Assembly (NCBI GenBank): GCA_934747385.1
Contig: CAKVGK010000002.1
Coordinates: forward strand, 258,436 to 322,435
Source of the DNA: an uncultured Clostridia bacterium
Lineage (GTDB): Bacteria; Bacillota; Clostridia; Christensenellales; UBA1242
DNA: 64,000 bases
Direction of reading: 5' to 3'
Position 1 is the first letter of the stretch; each line of letters opens with the position of its first letter. The notes below the pieces were generated by a model. That model saw only the letters and a program-made list of their open reading frames with translations, ran no database searches and had not been told where the DNA came from. This document shows, piece by piece, positions 1 through 10,799 of the stretch. The translations under genes were made by a program, and so were the position numbers.

Positions 1-9
1 AAAACAGAA

Positions 10-711
10 TTGGAAGTTAACAAAACAAACTCTAATTTTTTGAAAGATGAAAACAAACAAAAAGATGAAAAATTTGCAGAAAATAAAGAAATAACTAAAT
101 TTGTAGAAAAAATTGTGCCAACTCAACAAGAAATAACAATAAACGATAACAACTTAACACAAAATATTGTTGAGCCAAAACTCACAAATGCAGATTATGC
201 TTTCAACGACGTTAAATATGTAGACTACATAGACTTTAGAACAAAAAAGAATTATGTTCAAGCAAAAAAATATGCTAAATTTGACTTAATCAAAACCTTT
301 ATAACCTCTATTTATGCAATCATTATGTTAGTTATCAGCGCTACTTTTGTTAAAAATAATGTGGTAAGCGCATTATATTATGTAATATTTGTTCTAGCAA
401 TTGTTGCAACTCTTGCAAACTTTGCCAAAGGTGTGTTACGCAATCAAGATTTACGTTTAAAATTGCAAAACAATAGTTTCAAACCAAACTTTAAATTGCA
501 TTTAATTTGCAATAGTGTCATTACATTAGTTGTGATTGTTTTGGCTGTTATCTCGAGTATTTTGGTTGGCAACAACACAATATATCGTATGTTCAGTTCA
601 GTAAATTTTGCAAATCTATATGCACCAATCTTATTAACAACCATCATATGGTTTGATTTGTTGTTGGCTTATGTTCAACACAAAATAGTATTTAAAACCG
701 ATGAAAAATAA
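10..711 (+). CDS. Hypothetical multi-pass membrane protein with a K/E/N-rich N-terminus; may begin upstream of the window
   Basis: Long ORF. The reading frame stays open to position 1, so the 5' end is uncertain. The C-terminal half has several hydrophobic helices. No motif recognised. Confidence 0.45.
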   Translation: MEVNKTNSNFLKDENKQKDEKFAENKEITKFVEKIVPTQQEITINDNNLTQNIVEPKLTNADYAFNDVKYVDYIDFRTKKNYVQAKKYAKFDLIKTFITSIYAIIMLVISATFVKNNVVSALYYVIFVLAIVATLANFAKGVLRNQDLRLKLQNNSFKPNFKLHLICNSVITLVVIVLAVISSILVGNNTIYRMFSSVNFANLYAPILLTTIIWFDLLLAYVQHKIVFKTDEK

Positions 712-736
712 TTTAAACATGAATTCAGGAGAACAA

Positions 737-1669
737 ATGATTCCAGCCCTTCAAGTTTCAAATGTAACAAAAATTTACGGCAACAAGAAAGTTGTTGATA
801 ATGTTTCTTTTTCTATCTACCCTGGGCAAATTTATGGTTTTGTTGGACCAAACGGAGCGGGCAAATCAACCACAATTCGCATGATAACCGGACTTATTGA
901 ACAAAACGAAGGATTTATTAAAATTTCAGGTTACAGCATTGAAAAATCCCACAACCACGCCCTTTCTCTCATAGGCGCTGTGATTGAAACCCCTCAACTT
1001 TACCCTTATTTGTCTGGACTTAAAAACCTGCAACTTTTTGCCAAGTTTTATGGAAATGATGCTGTTAAGCGCATACCAGAAATTGTGAAATTGGTTGGTA
1101 TGGAACAGCGTATTAAAGACAAAGTTTCAACCTATTCACTTGGCATGAAACAACGTTTGGGCATTGCCCAAGCCTTGTTAAACCACCCTAGTTTGTTGAT
1201 TTTGGACGAACCCACAAACGGACTTGACCCAAACGGCATTGTTGAAATGAGAAATGTTTTGCGTATACTTGCCGAAAAAGAAAAGATTGCCATTTTAATT
1301 TCAAGCCACAATTTGGCAGAATTGGAGCAACTTTGCGACGTTATTGGCATTATTAACAACGGAAAAATGCTTCAACAACGCACAATGAACGAAATTAAGC
1401 AACAGGTTGCAAGCAAACAACAATTGCAATTGCTGTGCAACTACCCTAACTATGCTGCACTTGTTGTGAAACAGAAATATAATATAGTTGGTCAGGTGCT
1501 TGGTAACTCGCTGATTTTGCCTGTTAAAGAATCAAACATTGCGGTTGTTATATCGTATTTAACAAGCAAGCGCGTGAAAATTTATGGCGTTAAAAAGATT
1601 AGCAAAACTCTTGAACAATTGTATTTTGAAATTTTGCAATCAAACAGACCGTCAACAAGTATATTTTAA
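737..1669 (+). CDS. ABC transporter ATP-binding protein (ABC-2 exporter type)
   Basis: Walker A GPNGAGKST, signature YSLGMKQR and Walker B LLILDEPT. Start placed at ATG 737 because AGGAG lies 5 nt upstream; the ORF track starts at 701. Confidence 0.9.
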   Translation: MIPALQVSNVTKIYGNKKVVDNVSFSIYPGQIYGFVGPNGAGKSTTIRMITGLIEQNEGFIKISGYSIEKSHNHALSLIGAVIETPQLYPYLSGLKNLQLFAKFYGNDAVKRIPEIVKLVGMEQRIKDKVSTYSLGMKQRLGIAQALLNHPSLLILDEPTNGLDPNGIVEMRNVLRILAEKEKIAILISSHNLAELEQLCDVIGIINNGKMLQQRTMNEIKQQVASKQQLQLLCNYPNYAALVVKQKYNIVGQVLGNSLILPVKESNIAVVISYLTSKRVKIYGVKKISKTLEQLYFEILQSNRPSTSIF

Positions 1670-1680
1670 CGAGGATAAAT

Positions 1681-3423
1681 ATGAACAAAGTCATTCAAAT
1701 GGAACTTAAGAAAACAGTTTCTAAGCCAGGTATATATATCTTGGCTCTTTTGTTGGCGATCATCATGGTTTTGGGCGTTTTTGTTTATAAGCCAACTACT
1801 TCAAAAAGCAACGAAATTGAATTCAGCGAAAACAGCGTTTTGCAGATTTATCAGGCAGATTTTGGCGACGGGACAAGTTTTGGCATTAAAGCGGAGGCAG
1901 ACAAGAATGTTGAAGACGCAAAAAATGCAGTTTTCAGTTATAAAACTGACAATAAGACTTATAACGAATTGATTAATCAATTAAAAAACGAATTTGAAAC
2001 CAACTTTAATAACTACAATCAGTGCGCTTACAATTCAATTTATGTTGAAAGTTATATTAACGAAGTAAAAAACAAAATGCTTAACAGTTTTAAGGCAATT
2101 TACACAAGTATTAATGCTGGTTTGAATTTGAACAATCAAAATTCATACCCAATTGTTACAACAAAGTCAAATTACGATGGTTACACCCAATTGTACGCTG
2201 ACGCTTATGCCCTACTTTCAACAACAACTTCGCAAATTGCTGACGTATGTTTAGAATATACCGAGCAATACAAACAAGCAATTGAAAATTGCTTGTCAAA
2301 GTTATATTTTCCTGAATTTTCGACTGAAAAAACAAAAACTTACACAACAAATGCTGACGGCACTGAATACCACAAATTTGTTGAAAATTCCAATGCTATT
2401 TTGACAAAAATTGAAGATTTAAAGGCTCAAGCACAAACGAATGCTGAAATTAATAATGACGCGAACAGCGTTGCTGAAATTAAAAACCTTATTTCAAATT
2501 ATTACGACTATAGCAGCACTTACGCTAACTTAATTAAGTATGAATTATTGTCTAACGCTTTAGAATGTGTTAACACAAAAGATAAAGGCAACCTGCTTTA
2601 TTTGGAGGACGTTACAACCGTTAACACCAATTCATGGCTGGTTAAATATAAATACTTGTTCAATAAAAATCAAAGTTTGAACGATTACGCCAACCCTTTG
2701 GCAATTGGCACAAATTCAAACGCAAACACAAATGGTTACGATTATGCCTACTTCATTCTAAAAATGTTCTCATTTGTCATAATCGCTTATGCAATCATGG
2801 CAGGAGCACACACCATTGCTGGAGAAATTAAAGAGGGCACCATGAGATATTTGGCAATTCGACCAGTGAAAAGAAGTTCAATTCTGTTTGGCAAATTCTT
2901 GGCAATTGCAATAATGTCAGCAATATTAATCACTTTTAGCGGAATACTTTCCGTTATTGTTGGCGGTTGCATTTACGGCTTTAAATCTGCAACAATTTTG
3001 ACAGTTTTTGCTGGCAAATATGCCATAACCTTGCACCCTATTACAATGATTGTTATATATCTGTTTAGTCTGTTTTTGGAACTTTTGGTCTACCTTTCAA
3101 TTGCTTTATTACTTTCAACTTTCATAAAATCCGACATTTTGGCAGTAACAATCCTTATGGTTGTATACTTGGTTAACATTTTGCTTCCAATGTTCTCAAC
3201 CTCTTCAATCGGCTGGCTTTCATATTACCCATTCAGCCACATTTCACTTTATGCACTATTCGGCAGTGCCTTATTCACTAATATGAAAAACCCATTCAGT
3301 TTACTGCTTGGCGTGAAAGTTTACCCAACAACAAGTTTGATTTTAACATTAGTTACAACAATCTTAATTATAACGATTTGCAGTTTGATTTCTTCAAAGA
3401 TTTTCAAGCACAAAGAGGTTTAA
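1681..3423 (+). CDS. ABC-2 family permease with a large extracytoplasmic loop
   Basis: Follows the ATPase by 11 nt and has a GAGGA RBS. One N-terminal TM, a ~330-aa soluble loop, then about 5 C-terminal TM helices. Confidence 0.7.
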   Translation: MNKVIQMELKKTVSKPGIYILALLLAIIMVLGVFVYKPTTSKSNEIEFSENSVLQIYQADFGDGTSFGIKAEADKNVEDAKNAVFSYKTDNKTYNELINQLKNEFETNFNNYNQCAYNSIYVESYINEVKNKMLNSFKAIYTSINAGLNLNNQNSYPIVTTKSNYDGYTQLYADAYALLSTTTSQIADVCLEYTEQYKQAIENCLSKLYFPEFSTEKTKTYTTNADGTEYHKFVENSNAILTKIEDLKAQAQTNAEINNDANSVAEIKNLISNYYDYSSTYANLIKYELLSNALECVNTKDKGNLLYLEDVTTVNTNSWLVKYKYLFNKNQSLNDYANPLAIGTNSNANTNGYDYAYFILKMFSFVIIAYAIMAGAHTIAGEIKEGTMRYLAIRPVKRSSILFGKFLAIAIMSAILITFSGILSVIVGGCIYGFKSATILTVFAGKYAITLHPITMIVIYLFSLFLELLVYLSIALLLSTFIKSDILAVTILMVVYLVNILLPMFSTSSIGWLSYYPFSHISLYALFGSALFTNMKNPFSLLLGVKVYPTTSLILTLVTTILIITICSLISSKIFKHKEV

Positions 3424-3450
3424 AAAAATTAGCATTATGCTAATTTTTTT
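3422..3450. terminator. Bidirectional intrinsic terminator between the convergent permease and rnhA genes
   Basis: Palindrome ATTAGCAT/ATGCTAAT flanked by an A-run on the left and a T-run on the right. Confidence 0.7.
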
Positions 3451-3489
3451 ATATTTCAAATCTTGTTTTATAGTTTAAACTACAACAAA

Positions 3490-3933
3490 TCAGTTGCTAT
3501 TGCGCGTAATTTCGCCAGTTGCAAGTTCATCACACCTGTTATTGTATTTATTGTCAGCATGCCCTTTAACTTTGTTCCAAGTTATTTTGTGTTTGTTGTT
3601 TAACTCAATCAGGCGCTGCCAAAGTTCGGCATTTTCAACAGGCTTCTTTTTTGAATTTTTAAACCCATTCATTTGCCAATTGGTGACCCAATCTTGCAAA
3701 AAGCCATTAACCAAATATGCGCTATCGCTAAACAAATCAACTTCACATGGCTCTTTAATCATTTCAAGCGCTTTGATTGCTGCAGTTAGTTCCATTTTGT
3801 TGTTTGTTGTGTTTGGCTCAAAGCCACTGATTTCTTTCATGTTGTTTTTATAAAACAAAACAGCACCCCATCCACCTGCGCCGGGATTGCCGCTGCACGC
3901 ACCATCTGTGTATATTGTAACTTTTTTCATCAA
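3490..3933 (-). CDS. rnhA: Ribonuclease HI
   Basis: IYTDGACSGNPGAGGWG N-terminus, NNKMELTA, DSAY and a C-terminal KGHADN..NNRCDELA motif set typical of RNase H1. Confidence 0.9.
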   Translation of the reverse strand: MMKKVTIYTDGACSGNPGAGGWGAVLFYKNNMKEISGFEPNTTNNKMELTAAIKALEMIKEPCEVDLFSDSAYLVNGFLQDWVTNWQMNGFKNSKKKPVENAELWQRLIELNNKHKITWNKVKGHADNKYNNRCDELATGEITRNSN

Positions 3934-4079
3934 TTCTCCTTGGTTACACCAATCGTAAAAATATTATATCAAAAAGCGTTTTTGAAAGCAAGTTTATTGT
4001 CTGTTTGATTTTAAGCAATTTATGCTGTTTTGCCATTTTCTCTAAAAATAAAGAAATTAAAAAACCAGCAAGTTCAAGT

Positions 4080-4128
4080 AAAAAAAATTGCTTGAATTTA
4101 ACAACAAAACTTGTTGCAAATCAAGCAA
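4080..4128 (-). terminator. Intrinsic terminator after tRNA-Trp
   Basis: Minus-strand hairpin TTGCTTGATTT...AAATTCAAGCAA followed by T8. Confidence 0.7.
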
Positions 4129-4139
4129 AATTTCAGTTT

Positions 4140-4214
4140 TGGCAGGGGAGACGCGATTCGAACACGCAACCAATGGTTTTGGAGACCACTACTCTACCGT
4201 TGAGCCACTCCCCT
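4140..4214 (-). tRNA. trnW: tRNA-Trp (anticodon CCA)
   Basis: Reverse complement reads AGGGGAGTGGCTCAACGG...GGTCTCCAAAACC...GTTCGAATC...CTCCCCTGCCA. Cloverleaf is present and CCA is encoded. Confidence 0.95.
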
Positions 4215-4226
4215 AAACACTTTTTT

Positions 4227-4255
4227 ATGATAACATATTGTAAGATTATTGTCAA
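4227..4255 (-). promoter_or_regulatory. Sigma-A type promoter for tRNA-Trp
   Basis: Minus strand TTGACA, 17-nt spacer, TATCAT. The -10 ends about 12 nt before the tRNA 5' end. Confidence 0.6.
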
Positions 4256-4273
4256 CAATTTAAAATTGTATTT

Positions 4274-4308
4274 AAAAAAAAGGAAGAAATAAATCTTCCA
4301 TTTTTTTT
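4274..4308 (-). terminator. Intrinsic terminator downstream of rny
   Basis: GGAAGA/TCTTCC hairpin flanked by A8 and T8. Confidence 0.7.
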
Positions 4309-4438
4309 GTTTTTAACAACAAACCATATTTATAAGCGTGTGCGAAATAAATTGGTTTATTATGCAAAACTCAAAATATGAAATTTTTAAGAAAATTCCT
4401 TCCCTTTTAAACCTCAAGTATAATTTAAAACGCTATTT

Positions 4439-6028
4439 TTATTTTGCAGTGTCTGTGAAACGTGATTCACGAATAACGTTAACTTTAATGTGACCTGGAT
4501 ACTCCAATTGTGCCTCAATTTCTTTTGCAATGTCGTGTGCCAAAACTTGTGCTTCGTCGTCGCTAATTTGTTCAGGTTTAACCATAACTCTTATTTCACG
4601 ACCTGCTTGGATTGCATAGGTTTTTTCAACGCCAGCATGCTTATTGGCAATTGCTTCCAACTCTTGCAAACGTTTGATATAATTCTCCAAACTTTCACGT
4701 CTTGCACCTGGACGAGAACTTGAAATTGCGTCAGCCGCTTGAACAATTACTGCTTCTAGAGTGCGAGGTTCAACGTCGTTGTGGTGCGCTTCAATGCAGT
4801 GAATAACGGCTTCGCTTTCTTTGTATTTGCGTGCCAATTCAACACCAATGCTAACGTGTGTCCCCTCAACTTCGTGGTCAACAGCCTTACCCAAGTCATG
4901 CAACAAACCTGCGCGCCTTGCAACCTTTTCGTTTGCCCCAACCTCGGCTGCCAACATGCCAGCAATGTAGGACACCTCCAAAGAGTGATTAAGCACATTT
5001 TGACCATAACTTGTGCGGTATTTTAACCTACCAAGCACTTTAACTATTTCTGGATGAATGTTGTGAATGTCTGCGTCAAAACAAGCATTTTCGCCTGCTT
5101 CTTTAATAGTTTCTTCAACGTCACGTTGCACTTTTTGAACCAACTCTTCAATACGTGCAGGGTGAATTCTTCCATCCAAAATTAATTTTTCGAGGGCTAT
5201 TCTTGCAACCTCTCTTCTTACTGGGTCAAAGCCTGACAATGTTATTGCTTCAGGTGTGTCATCAACAATAAAGTCAATGCCAGTTGCCGCTTCAAGAGCA
5301 CGAATATTGCGCCCTTCACGACCAATAATTCTACCTTTCATTTCTTCGCTTGGCAATGTAACAACGCTTGTTGTAACTTCACTTGTATTGTCCACCGCAC
5401 ATTTTTGAATTGCCAAAGTTATAATGTTTCTGGCTTTCTTATCGGCCTCTTCCTTTGCTTTATCTTCAATGTCTTTTGCCAATTTAACAGCATCAATTTT
5501 TGCCTCATCAGTATAGCGATCAATGATTACCTGTTTTGCTTGGTCTTTTGTCATTCCGCTGACTTTTTCAAGTTCTTTAACAATGCTCTCTTGCAATTCG
5601 TCAAGCGCATTTTCTTTGCTATTTAACGCTTCAATTTGATTGTAAATGCGTTCTTTGCTTGCTTCGATTTCATCAACTTTTTTGTCCAAAGCGGTTTCAC
5701 GTTTAGAAAGCAACTCTTCACGAGCGTACAAACGTTCTTCACTGCGTTTTGCCTCTTCTCTGCGCTCTTTATTTTCGCGTTCAAATGTTGATTTTAAAAT
5801 ATCAATTTCTTTGCTTGTTTGTTCAACTTGTTCTTTTTTAATTTTTTCTGCTTGAACACGTGCTTCTTCCAAAATTTTATCTGCATTTGCGCGTGCGGAT
5901 TTAGTTTTTTTGTTAATAACAATTGAGGTTATGCCAAAACCAACACCACCACCAACGACCAACATGATAATTGATAAAATTATTGTAAGAGCCGGACTAA
6001 CAGAAAGTAACATATTAGTTAAATTCAT
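4439..6028 (-). CDS. rny: Ribonuclease Y
   Basis: N-terminal TM anchor, long K/E coiled coil, KH domain ([13 protein letters not shown]) and HD domain (LLHDLGKA...HH). Confidence 0.95.
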   Translation of the reverse strand: MNLTNMLLSVSPALTIILSIIMLVVGGGVGFGITSIVINKKTKSARANADKILEEARVQAEKIKKEQVEQTSKEIDILKSTFERENKERREEAKRSEERLYAREELLSKRETALDKKVDEIEASKERIYNQIEALNSKENALDELQESIVKELEKVSGMTKDQAKQVIIDRYTDEAKIDAVKLAKDIEDKAKEEADKKARNIITLAIQKCAVDNTSEVTTSVVTLPSEEMKGRIIGREGRNIRALEAATGIDFIVDDTPEAITLSGFDPVRREVARIALEKLILDGRIHPARIEELVQKVQRDVEETIKEAGENACFDADIHNIHPEIVKVLGRLKYRTSYGQNVLNHSLEVSYIAGMLAAEVGANEKVARRAGLLHDLGKAVDHEVEGTHVSIGVELARKYKESEAVIHCIEAHHNDVEPRTLEAVIVQAADAISSSRPGARRESLENYIKRLQELEAIANKHAGVEKTYAIQAGREIRVMVKPEQISDDEAQVLAHDIAKEIEAQLEYPGHIKVNVIRESRFTDTAK

Positions 6029-6361
6029 TTTTCCACCCTTTAAATCGCATTACAAAAATAATTGTTTTGACAAAAACATTTAGTTTGTCATGTTAATGTA
6101 ATTTTTTTAAAAAATAAATACTATTTTTAGCACACATTATGCTAAAATCAACTTTTAAGCATAATTTTGTGAACAATTAAAATACACTTTAAGCAAATAT
6201 TTTCATATTTAACGACATAAGTATTATATCTAAATTAAAAAAATAAGTCAAGCATATCATGTTAATTGCAAACTTTATCTTGCAATCAATGGAATAAACT
6301 TGACTATTCTTGTGTATTATATAACATACAACCACAATATATAGTATTATGATGAATTATT

Positions 6362-7513
6362 CTAATTATTCAAATCTATAACTTCCATGTTATTTATTAC
6401 AGCTTGAATTAATTCGTTGTAGTTAAGGATTTTAGTTTCCTCATGTTCACTATCGCGCAATTTTGGCTTTATGATAGGATTTCTTGGCAAAAACACCGTG
6501 CAACAATCCTCATAAGGCAAGATTGACAATTCATAAGTGTTTATATCTTGGGCAATGTCGATAATTTCTTGTTTATTGAAACTAATTAAAGGACGCAAAA
6601 CTGGAACTGCTGCCACTGCATTAGTGCTTGTTAAACTTTCAATTGTTTGACTTGCAACCTGCCCCAAACTTTCACCAGTTATTATGGTTTTATATTGATA
6701 TTTTTCGCAAATAGCATTTGCAACTCTAATCATTGCACGACGCAACAAATTGATTGCAAACTCTGTTTTGCATTGAACATGAAATTCTTCTTGCAATTTT
6801 GTCATGCTGCAAATGTACATAAACCTAGCACCAATATACTTTTTAACGCGCTTTGCAATATCTATAACTTTTTGCTTGGCTTGTGGACTTGTGTAAGGGA
6901 AGCTGTCAAAATGCAAAATGTCCTGTCTTAAGCCGCGCTTTGCCATGCAAAAACCCGCAACAGGGCTATCTATGCCTCCGCTCAATAAAAGCAAACCATC
7001 TCTATATTCGCCAAGAGGCAAACCAGAATATGCATAAATTATTTCGTTGAAAACATAAGTTTTTCCGTTTTCACGAATGTCAACATGAACCACTGTTTTA
7101 GGTTTATGAATTTCAACATAAGCGTTTGGATTATTTTTCAACACAATCTCGCCCAAATCCGCTGCAAATTCGTTTGATTTAATAGGAAAAGATTTTTCTG
7201 CCCTATTTACTTCACATTTAAAATCTCCGTCAATCTTGAGGCTTGCAACATAATCTTTAATCAAATCAACAGAGTTTTCCATTTCCATGGCTTTTGAAAT
7301 TGAATGGATGCCAAACACGCACTTCAATTCGCTAATTATGGCGTCTTCGTCTTCATAATCTCGCACCAAAAGCCTGTTTTGAATGTTTTCTATTTTACAT
7401 GTGTATCCCTTTAAAGCTGCTTTGATATTTTCATAAAGCAAATGAGTAAAATACTTTTTGTTTCCACCCTTTAAATGTATTTCATTAAATCTAATTAAAA
7501 TTATTTTGTTCAT
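6362..7513 (-). CDS. thiI: tRNA 4-thiouridine synthase ThiI
   Basis: THUMP-type N-terminus (IRFNEIHLKGGNKKYF) and PP-loop LLLSGGIDSPVA. Confidence 0.9.
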   Translation of the reverse strand: MNKIILIRFNEIHLKGGNKKYFTHLLYENIKAALKGYTCKIENIQNRLLVRDYEDEDAIISELKCVFGIHSISKAMEMENSVDLIKDYVASLKIDGDFKCEVNRAEKSFPIKSNEFAADLGEIVLKNNPNAYVEIHKPKTVVHVDIRENGKTYVFNEIIYAYSGLPLGEYRDGLLLLSGGIDSPVAGFCMAKRGLRQDILHFDSFPYTSPQAKQKVIDIAKRVKKYIGARFMYICSMTKLQEEFHVQCKTEFAINLLRRAMIRVANAICEKYQYKTIITGESLGQVASQTIESLTSTNAVAAVPVLRPLISFNKQEIIDIAQDINTYELSILPYEDCCTVFLPRNPIIKPKLRDSEHEETKILNYNELIQAVINNMEVIDLNN

Positions 7514-8637
7514 ATTTTTTTAATCCTCGAAATGTATTCCGCCACCGCATTGTTCAATGCTTGACCCAAATTTTTGCAATTTTCAATGGTTACGTCGTCA
7601 CCGAACGAAATGCGAATTGCTCCCTCAATGTATTCTTTGCCAACAATGTTTTGCAGCACCCTATTAAAGCCCGCTTTGCTATTGCATGCCGAGCCTGTGC
7701 CAACCAAAAAGCCTTTTTCTTCCAGCATGTGCAAAATTGTTTCGCCTCTAACATTTTTGAAGCAAATTGATATAATGTTGTCTACACAATTGTTGTTGGA
7801 CACAATAACACAATCTTGATTTATTCCGCTTAAGATTGCCTGTTTATGTTGTGAATAATCATGAATTTTTAAAAGTTCAACCGCTTTTTTAAATGACGCA
7901 ATGGCTGGCAAGTTTTCTGTCCCTGAGCGCATGCCCATTTCCTGACCGCCACCCAAGACAAATGGTTTAAACTTATTAGGTGTTTTTACATAAAGCGCAG
8001 CAATACCTTTTGGACCATTGATCTTGTGTGCGCTTATGGTGTAATAATCTACCCCCAGCGCAGAAAGGTTGATAGTAAATTTACCCACTGCTTGCACACC
8101 GTCTGCATGAACAATGGTGTTTGGGTTTATCTTCTTAACGTGTTCAGTAATCTCCTTAATATCGTTAATAGCACCCGTTTCATTGCTTACATGAATAATT
8201 GACACCAGTGCAGTTGTTTTATCTATCTCTGCATATAGTTTATCTTGGTCAACGCAGCCTGATGAATTTAATGGCACAAACACAATGTTATAGCCCTTTT
8301 CCTTTAATGCTTTGGCTGTTTCGTAAATCGAACTATGCTCCCCAGCAGAAAAGACATATTTTTTGTCCATTCTCAACACGTTAGCATTAATAACTGCATT
8401 GTTTGCTTCGGTTGCAGAGCCTGTGAAAATAAATGTTGATTTTTCTGGCGCATTGAATTTTTGCATAAAAAACTTTCTTGCATCTTCCAGCAATTGTTTT
8501 GCGTCCGCTGCGTTTTTATATAATGCACTTGGGTTATAAAATAATTCACTGGCGCTTATATACTCTTCTAGTGCCGGTTTGCTTATCTTGGTTGTTGAAG
8601 CATTGTCGAAATATAACATGTTGCTATTATAACACAA
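7510..8637 (-). CDS. Cysteine desulfurase (NifS/IscS-like class V aminotransferase)
   Basis: YFDNASTT N-terminus, SAHKINGPKG pyridoxal-lysine motif and GSAC active-site cysteine loop. Overlaps thiI by 4 nt. Alternative start at ATG 8619. Confidence 0.9.
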   Translation of the reverse strand: MCYNSNMLYFDNASTTKISKPALEEYISASELFYNPSALYKNAADAKQLLEDARKFFMQKFNAPEKSTFIFTGSATEANNAVINANVLRMDKKYVFSAGEHSSIYETAKALKEKGYNIVFVPLNSSGCVDQDKLYAEIDKTTALVSIIHVSNETGAINDIKEITEHVKKINPNTIVHADGVQAVGKFTINLSALGVDYYTISAHKINGPKGIAALYVKTPNKFKPFVLGGGQEMGMRSGTENLPAIASFKKAVELLKIHDYSQHKQAILSGINQDCVIVSNNNCVDNIISICFKNVRGETILHMLEEKGFLVGTGSACNSKAGFNRVLQNIVGKEYIEGAIRISFGDDVTIENCKNLGQALNNAVAEYISRIKKI

Positions 8638-8657
8638 CTTTTAAATCAACACAAATG

Positions 8658-9308
8658 CTAAGGCACAAGATTTAAAGATTTTCCTAAACTGCCGCCGTTT
8701 AAATATACCTCTGGCACTTTGCCAATGATTATGCTTTCTGCCAACATTACTTGGTTTGTGGAATAAAAGTCATATGTTTTAACAGGCATTACAATGCTAA
8801 CGTGCGTGTTGATATATAAAAACAGTGTGTGCTTTGTCATATTAATGCCAACCGCGTCAAACTCGCTGTCAAAACTGCTACTGACCGCTCCAACAGGCAC
8901 GAGTCGTAAGTTTATGTTTGGACCATAACCTATAAAGAACGGAATGCCAGATAGTGTGCCCATTTTAATTTTTAAACCGTCCCGACCTAAATATGTCATT
9001 TGAAGTTGAGATTCTTTTACAATTTCCCTTGCAATACTGTTAATTTCGTACTGATTTGCCGAAAACGAAACAATCTCGCCATTGTTGCCATAATTTATGT
9101 CTATTAGCGCGTCATAACTGATTGTTCGATTAATCACGTTGCTGACCGCCAAGTTTATTGCCTTTTCAGTTATTGCTTGGGTTTCTGCCTTGCAATAAGT
9201 TTTAATAACTGGACTTGCAATAAAAAAATAATAACTCAGCAAAATTGTTAAAACAAAAAAGACAGCAACAAAAATCTTAAATTTGTGTTTAGTTCTGCCT
9301 TTTTTCAT
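8658..9308 (-). CDS. yunB: Sporulation protein YunB
   Basis: Single N-terminal TM. Its length and sequence resemble YunB: the stretch NLAVSNVINRTISYD and the segment GTLSGIPFF..G..PNI. Confidence 0.75.
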   Translation of the reverse strand: MKKGRTKHKFKIFVAVFFVLTILLSYYFFIASPVIKTYCKAETQAITEKAINLAVSNVINRTISYDALIDINYGNNGEIVSFSANQYEINSIAREIVKESQLQMTYLGRDGLKIKMGTLSGIPFFIGYGPNINLRLVPVGAVSSSFDSEFDAVGINMTKHTLFLYINTHVSIVMPVKTYDFYSTNQVMLAESIIIGKVPEVYLNGGSLGKSLNLVP

Positions 9309-9369
9309 ATACTAAAATATTATTTAAAGTTGCTATTTATTAATATTTTACAATTAAACCATTTTTTCG

Positions 9370-9747
9370 TCAATGCCCACCAAGTTTGGTTTTGCTGCTG
9401 AAAATTAGCGCAAAAATAAATGAGGCGAATATTGCCATGGAAATTCCGCCTGCAGCAGCGGTCAAACCTCCTGTGAATATTCCAATAAAGCCAAACTCTT
9501 TTGTTGCAGTGATTGCACCACGTGCAAGGCTTGCTCCAAATCCTATGATTGGAACGCTTGCCCCTGCTTTTGCAAACTCTTTAAACGGCGCATAAATATT
9601 AAACACTTCCAAAATCATGCCTATAACCAAAAACAAAACCAAAATTCTGGCTGTTGTGATTTTGGTGCGAATAATAAGAATTTGACCAAGAAAACATATA
9701 AACCCACCAACTAAAAATGAAATAATATAGTCTAAAACATTTATCAT
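9370..9747 (-). CDS. spoVAE: Stage V sporulation protein AE (SpoVAEb type)
   Basis: Small glycine-rich membrane protein (FLVGGFICFLGQ...PIIGFGASLARG). Start set at the ATG 1 nt after the spoVAD stop; the ORF-track N-extension overlaps spoVAD. Confidence 0.85.
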   Translation of the reverse strand: MINVLDYIISFLVGGFICFLGQILIIRTKITTARILVLFLVIGMILEVFNIYAPFKEFAKAGASVPIIGFGASLARGAITATKEFGFIGIFTGGLTAAAGGISMAIFASFIFALIFSSKTKLGGH

Positions 9748-9748
9748 G

Positions 9749-10789
9749 TTACGCCCCCTTTGTTTTTGATTTTTGCTTTGTTTGTTTTGGCTTTTCTTCT
9801 CCGCAAAATTCAAATTCAACTGCATGTGCAATGCATGGAATTGTGTCACCTTGCTGTGAGGTTGTTGTACTCATCAAAGCGCCAGTGGAAACAAGTAACA
9901 CACGCATAAATTCGCCAGATTTAAGTTTTTTAAGAATATACCCATTAAATATGCTTGCACTGCATCCTGCCCCGCTTCCACCCATGAACACGCGCTCTGT
10001 TTTGTCATACATCATACACCCACAATCAGCATAGTTTTTGCCAAGAATCACTCCTCTGCGTTCCATAATGTCAATTAAAATTTCACTGCCTAGTTTGCCA
10101 AGGTCACCCGTGGCAATAAAGTCGTAGTCATTTGCTTTTTTGTTTCGGTTACACAAATGTTCTTCAATAGTGTCCGCTGCAGCAGGTGCCATAGCTGCGC
10201 CCATATTGTTCACGTCTGCAATGCCAAAATCCACCACTTTGCCGAATGTTACAGCAGAAATTTTAACCTTGCTTTTTGTTGAACTAACCATGCTTGCCCC
10301 GCCACCTGTAATTGTCCATTGTGCAGTTGGTGGACGTTGATTGCCCAATTCAAGCGGAAACCTATATTGCCTTTCTGCGCTGCTAAAATGCGTGCAGGTT
10401 GCTGCAATTGCGTTTTTGGCAAGGTTATTGTCAACAAATATGGCAGCTAGTGCCAAACTTTCTGCCATTGTTGCGCAAGCTGAATATAAGCCAATAAACG
10501 GCAAATTGAGGTCACGGGCAGCGAATGAGGAACTTACAATTTGGTTTAACAAATCGCCGCCAAACAAAAAGTCCACTTCTTCAAAGTTGATATTAGACTT
10601 CTGTTGCACTCCTTTAATTATATTTTGCAAAAGTTTTCGCTCTGCCTTTTCAAAAGTCTTTTCTTTTAATGTATCGTCTGTGAAGCAGTAGTCGAAATAG
10701 CCTTTTAGTGGCCCTTTGCTTTCCAATGGACCAACCATGCTGTAACCATCAAGCAAATAAGCGTTATTTTTTAATATTATTGTTTGCAT
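9749..10789 (-). CDS. spoVAD: Stage V sporulation protein AD (thiolase-like fold)
   Basis: Typical SpoVAD length and sequence (VGPLESKGPL, ACATMAESL), positioned between spoVAC and spoVAE. Confidence 0.9.
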   Translation of the reverse strand: MQTIILKNNAYLLDGYSMVGPLESKGPLKGYFDYCFTDDTLKEKTFEKAERKLLQNIIKGVQQKSNINFEEVDFLFGGDLLNQIVSSSFAARDLNLPFIGLYSACATMAESLALAAIFVDNNLAKNAIAATCTHFSSAERQYRFPLELGNQRPPTAQWTITGGGASMVSSTKSKVKISAVTFGKVVDFGIADVNNMGAAMAPAAADTIEEHLCNRNKKANDYDFIATGDLGKLGSEILIDIMERRGVILGKNYADCGCMMYDKTERVFMGGSGAGCSASIFNGYILKKLKSGEFMRVLLVSTGALMSTTTSQQGDTIPCIAHAVEFEFCGEEKPKQTKQKSKTKGA

Positions 10790-10799
10790 TTTTTCACCC

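Noticed and set aside
4005-4292. 95-aa plus-strand ORF.
   Set aside because: It spans tRNA-Trp (antisense) and two terminators. No RBS.
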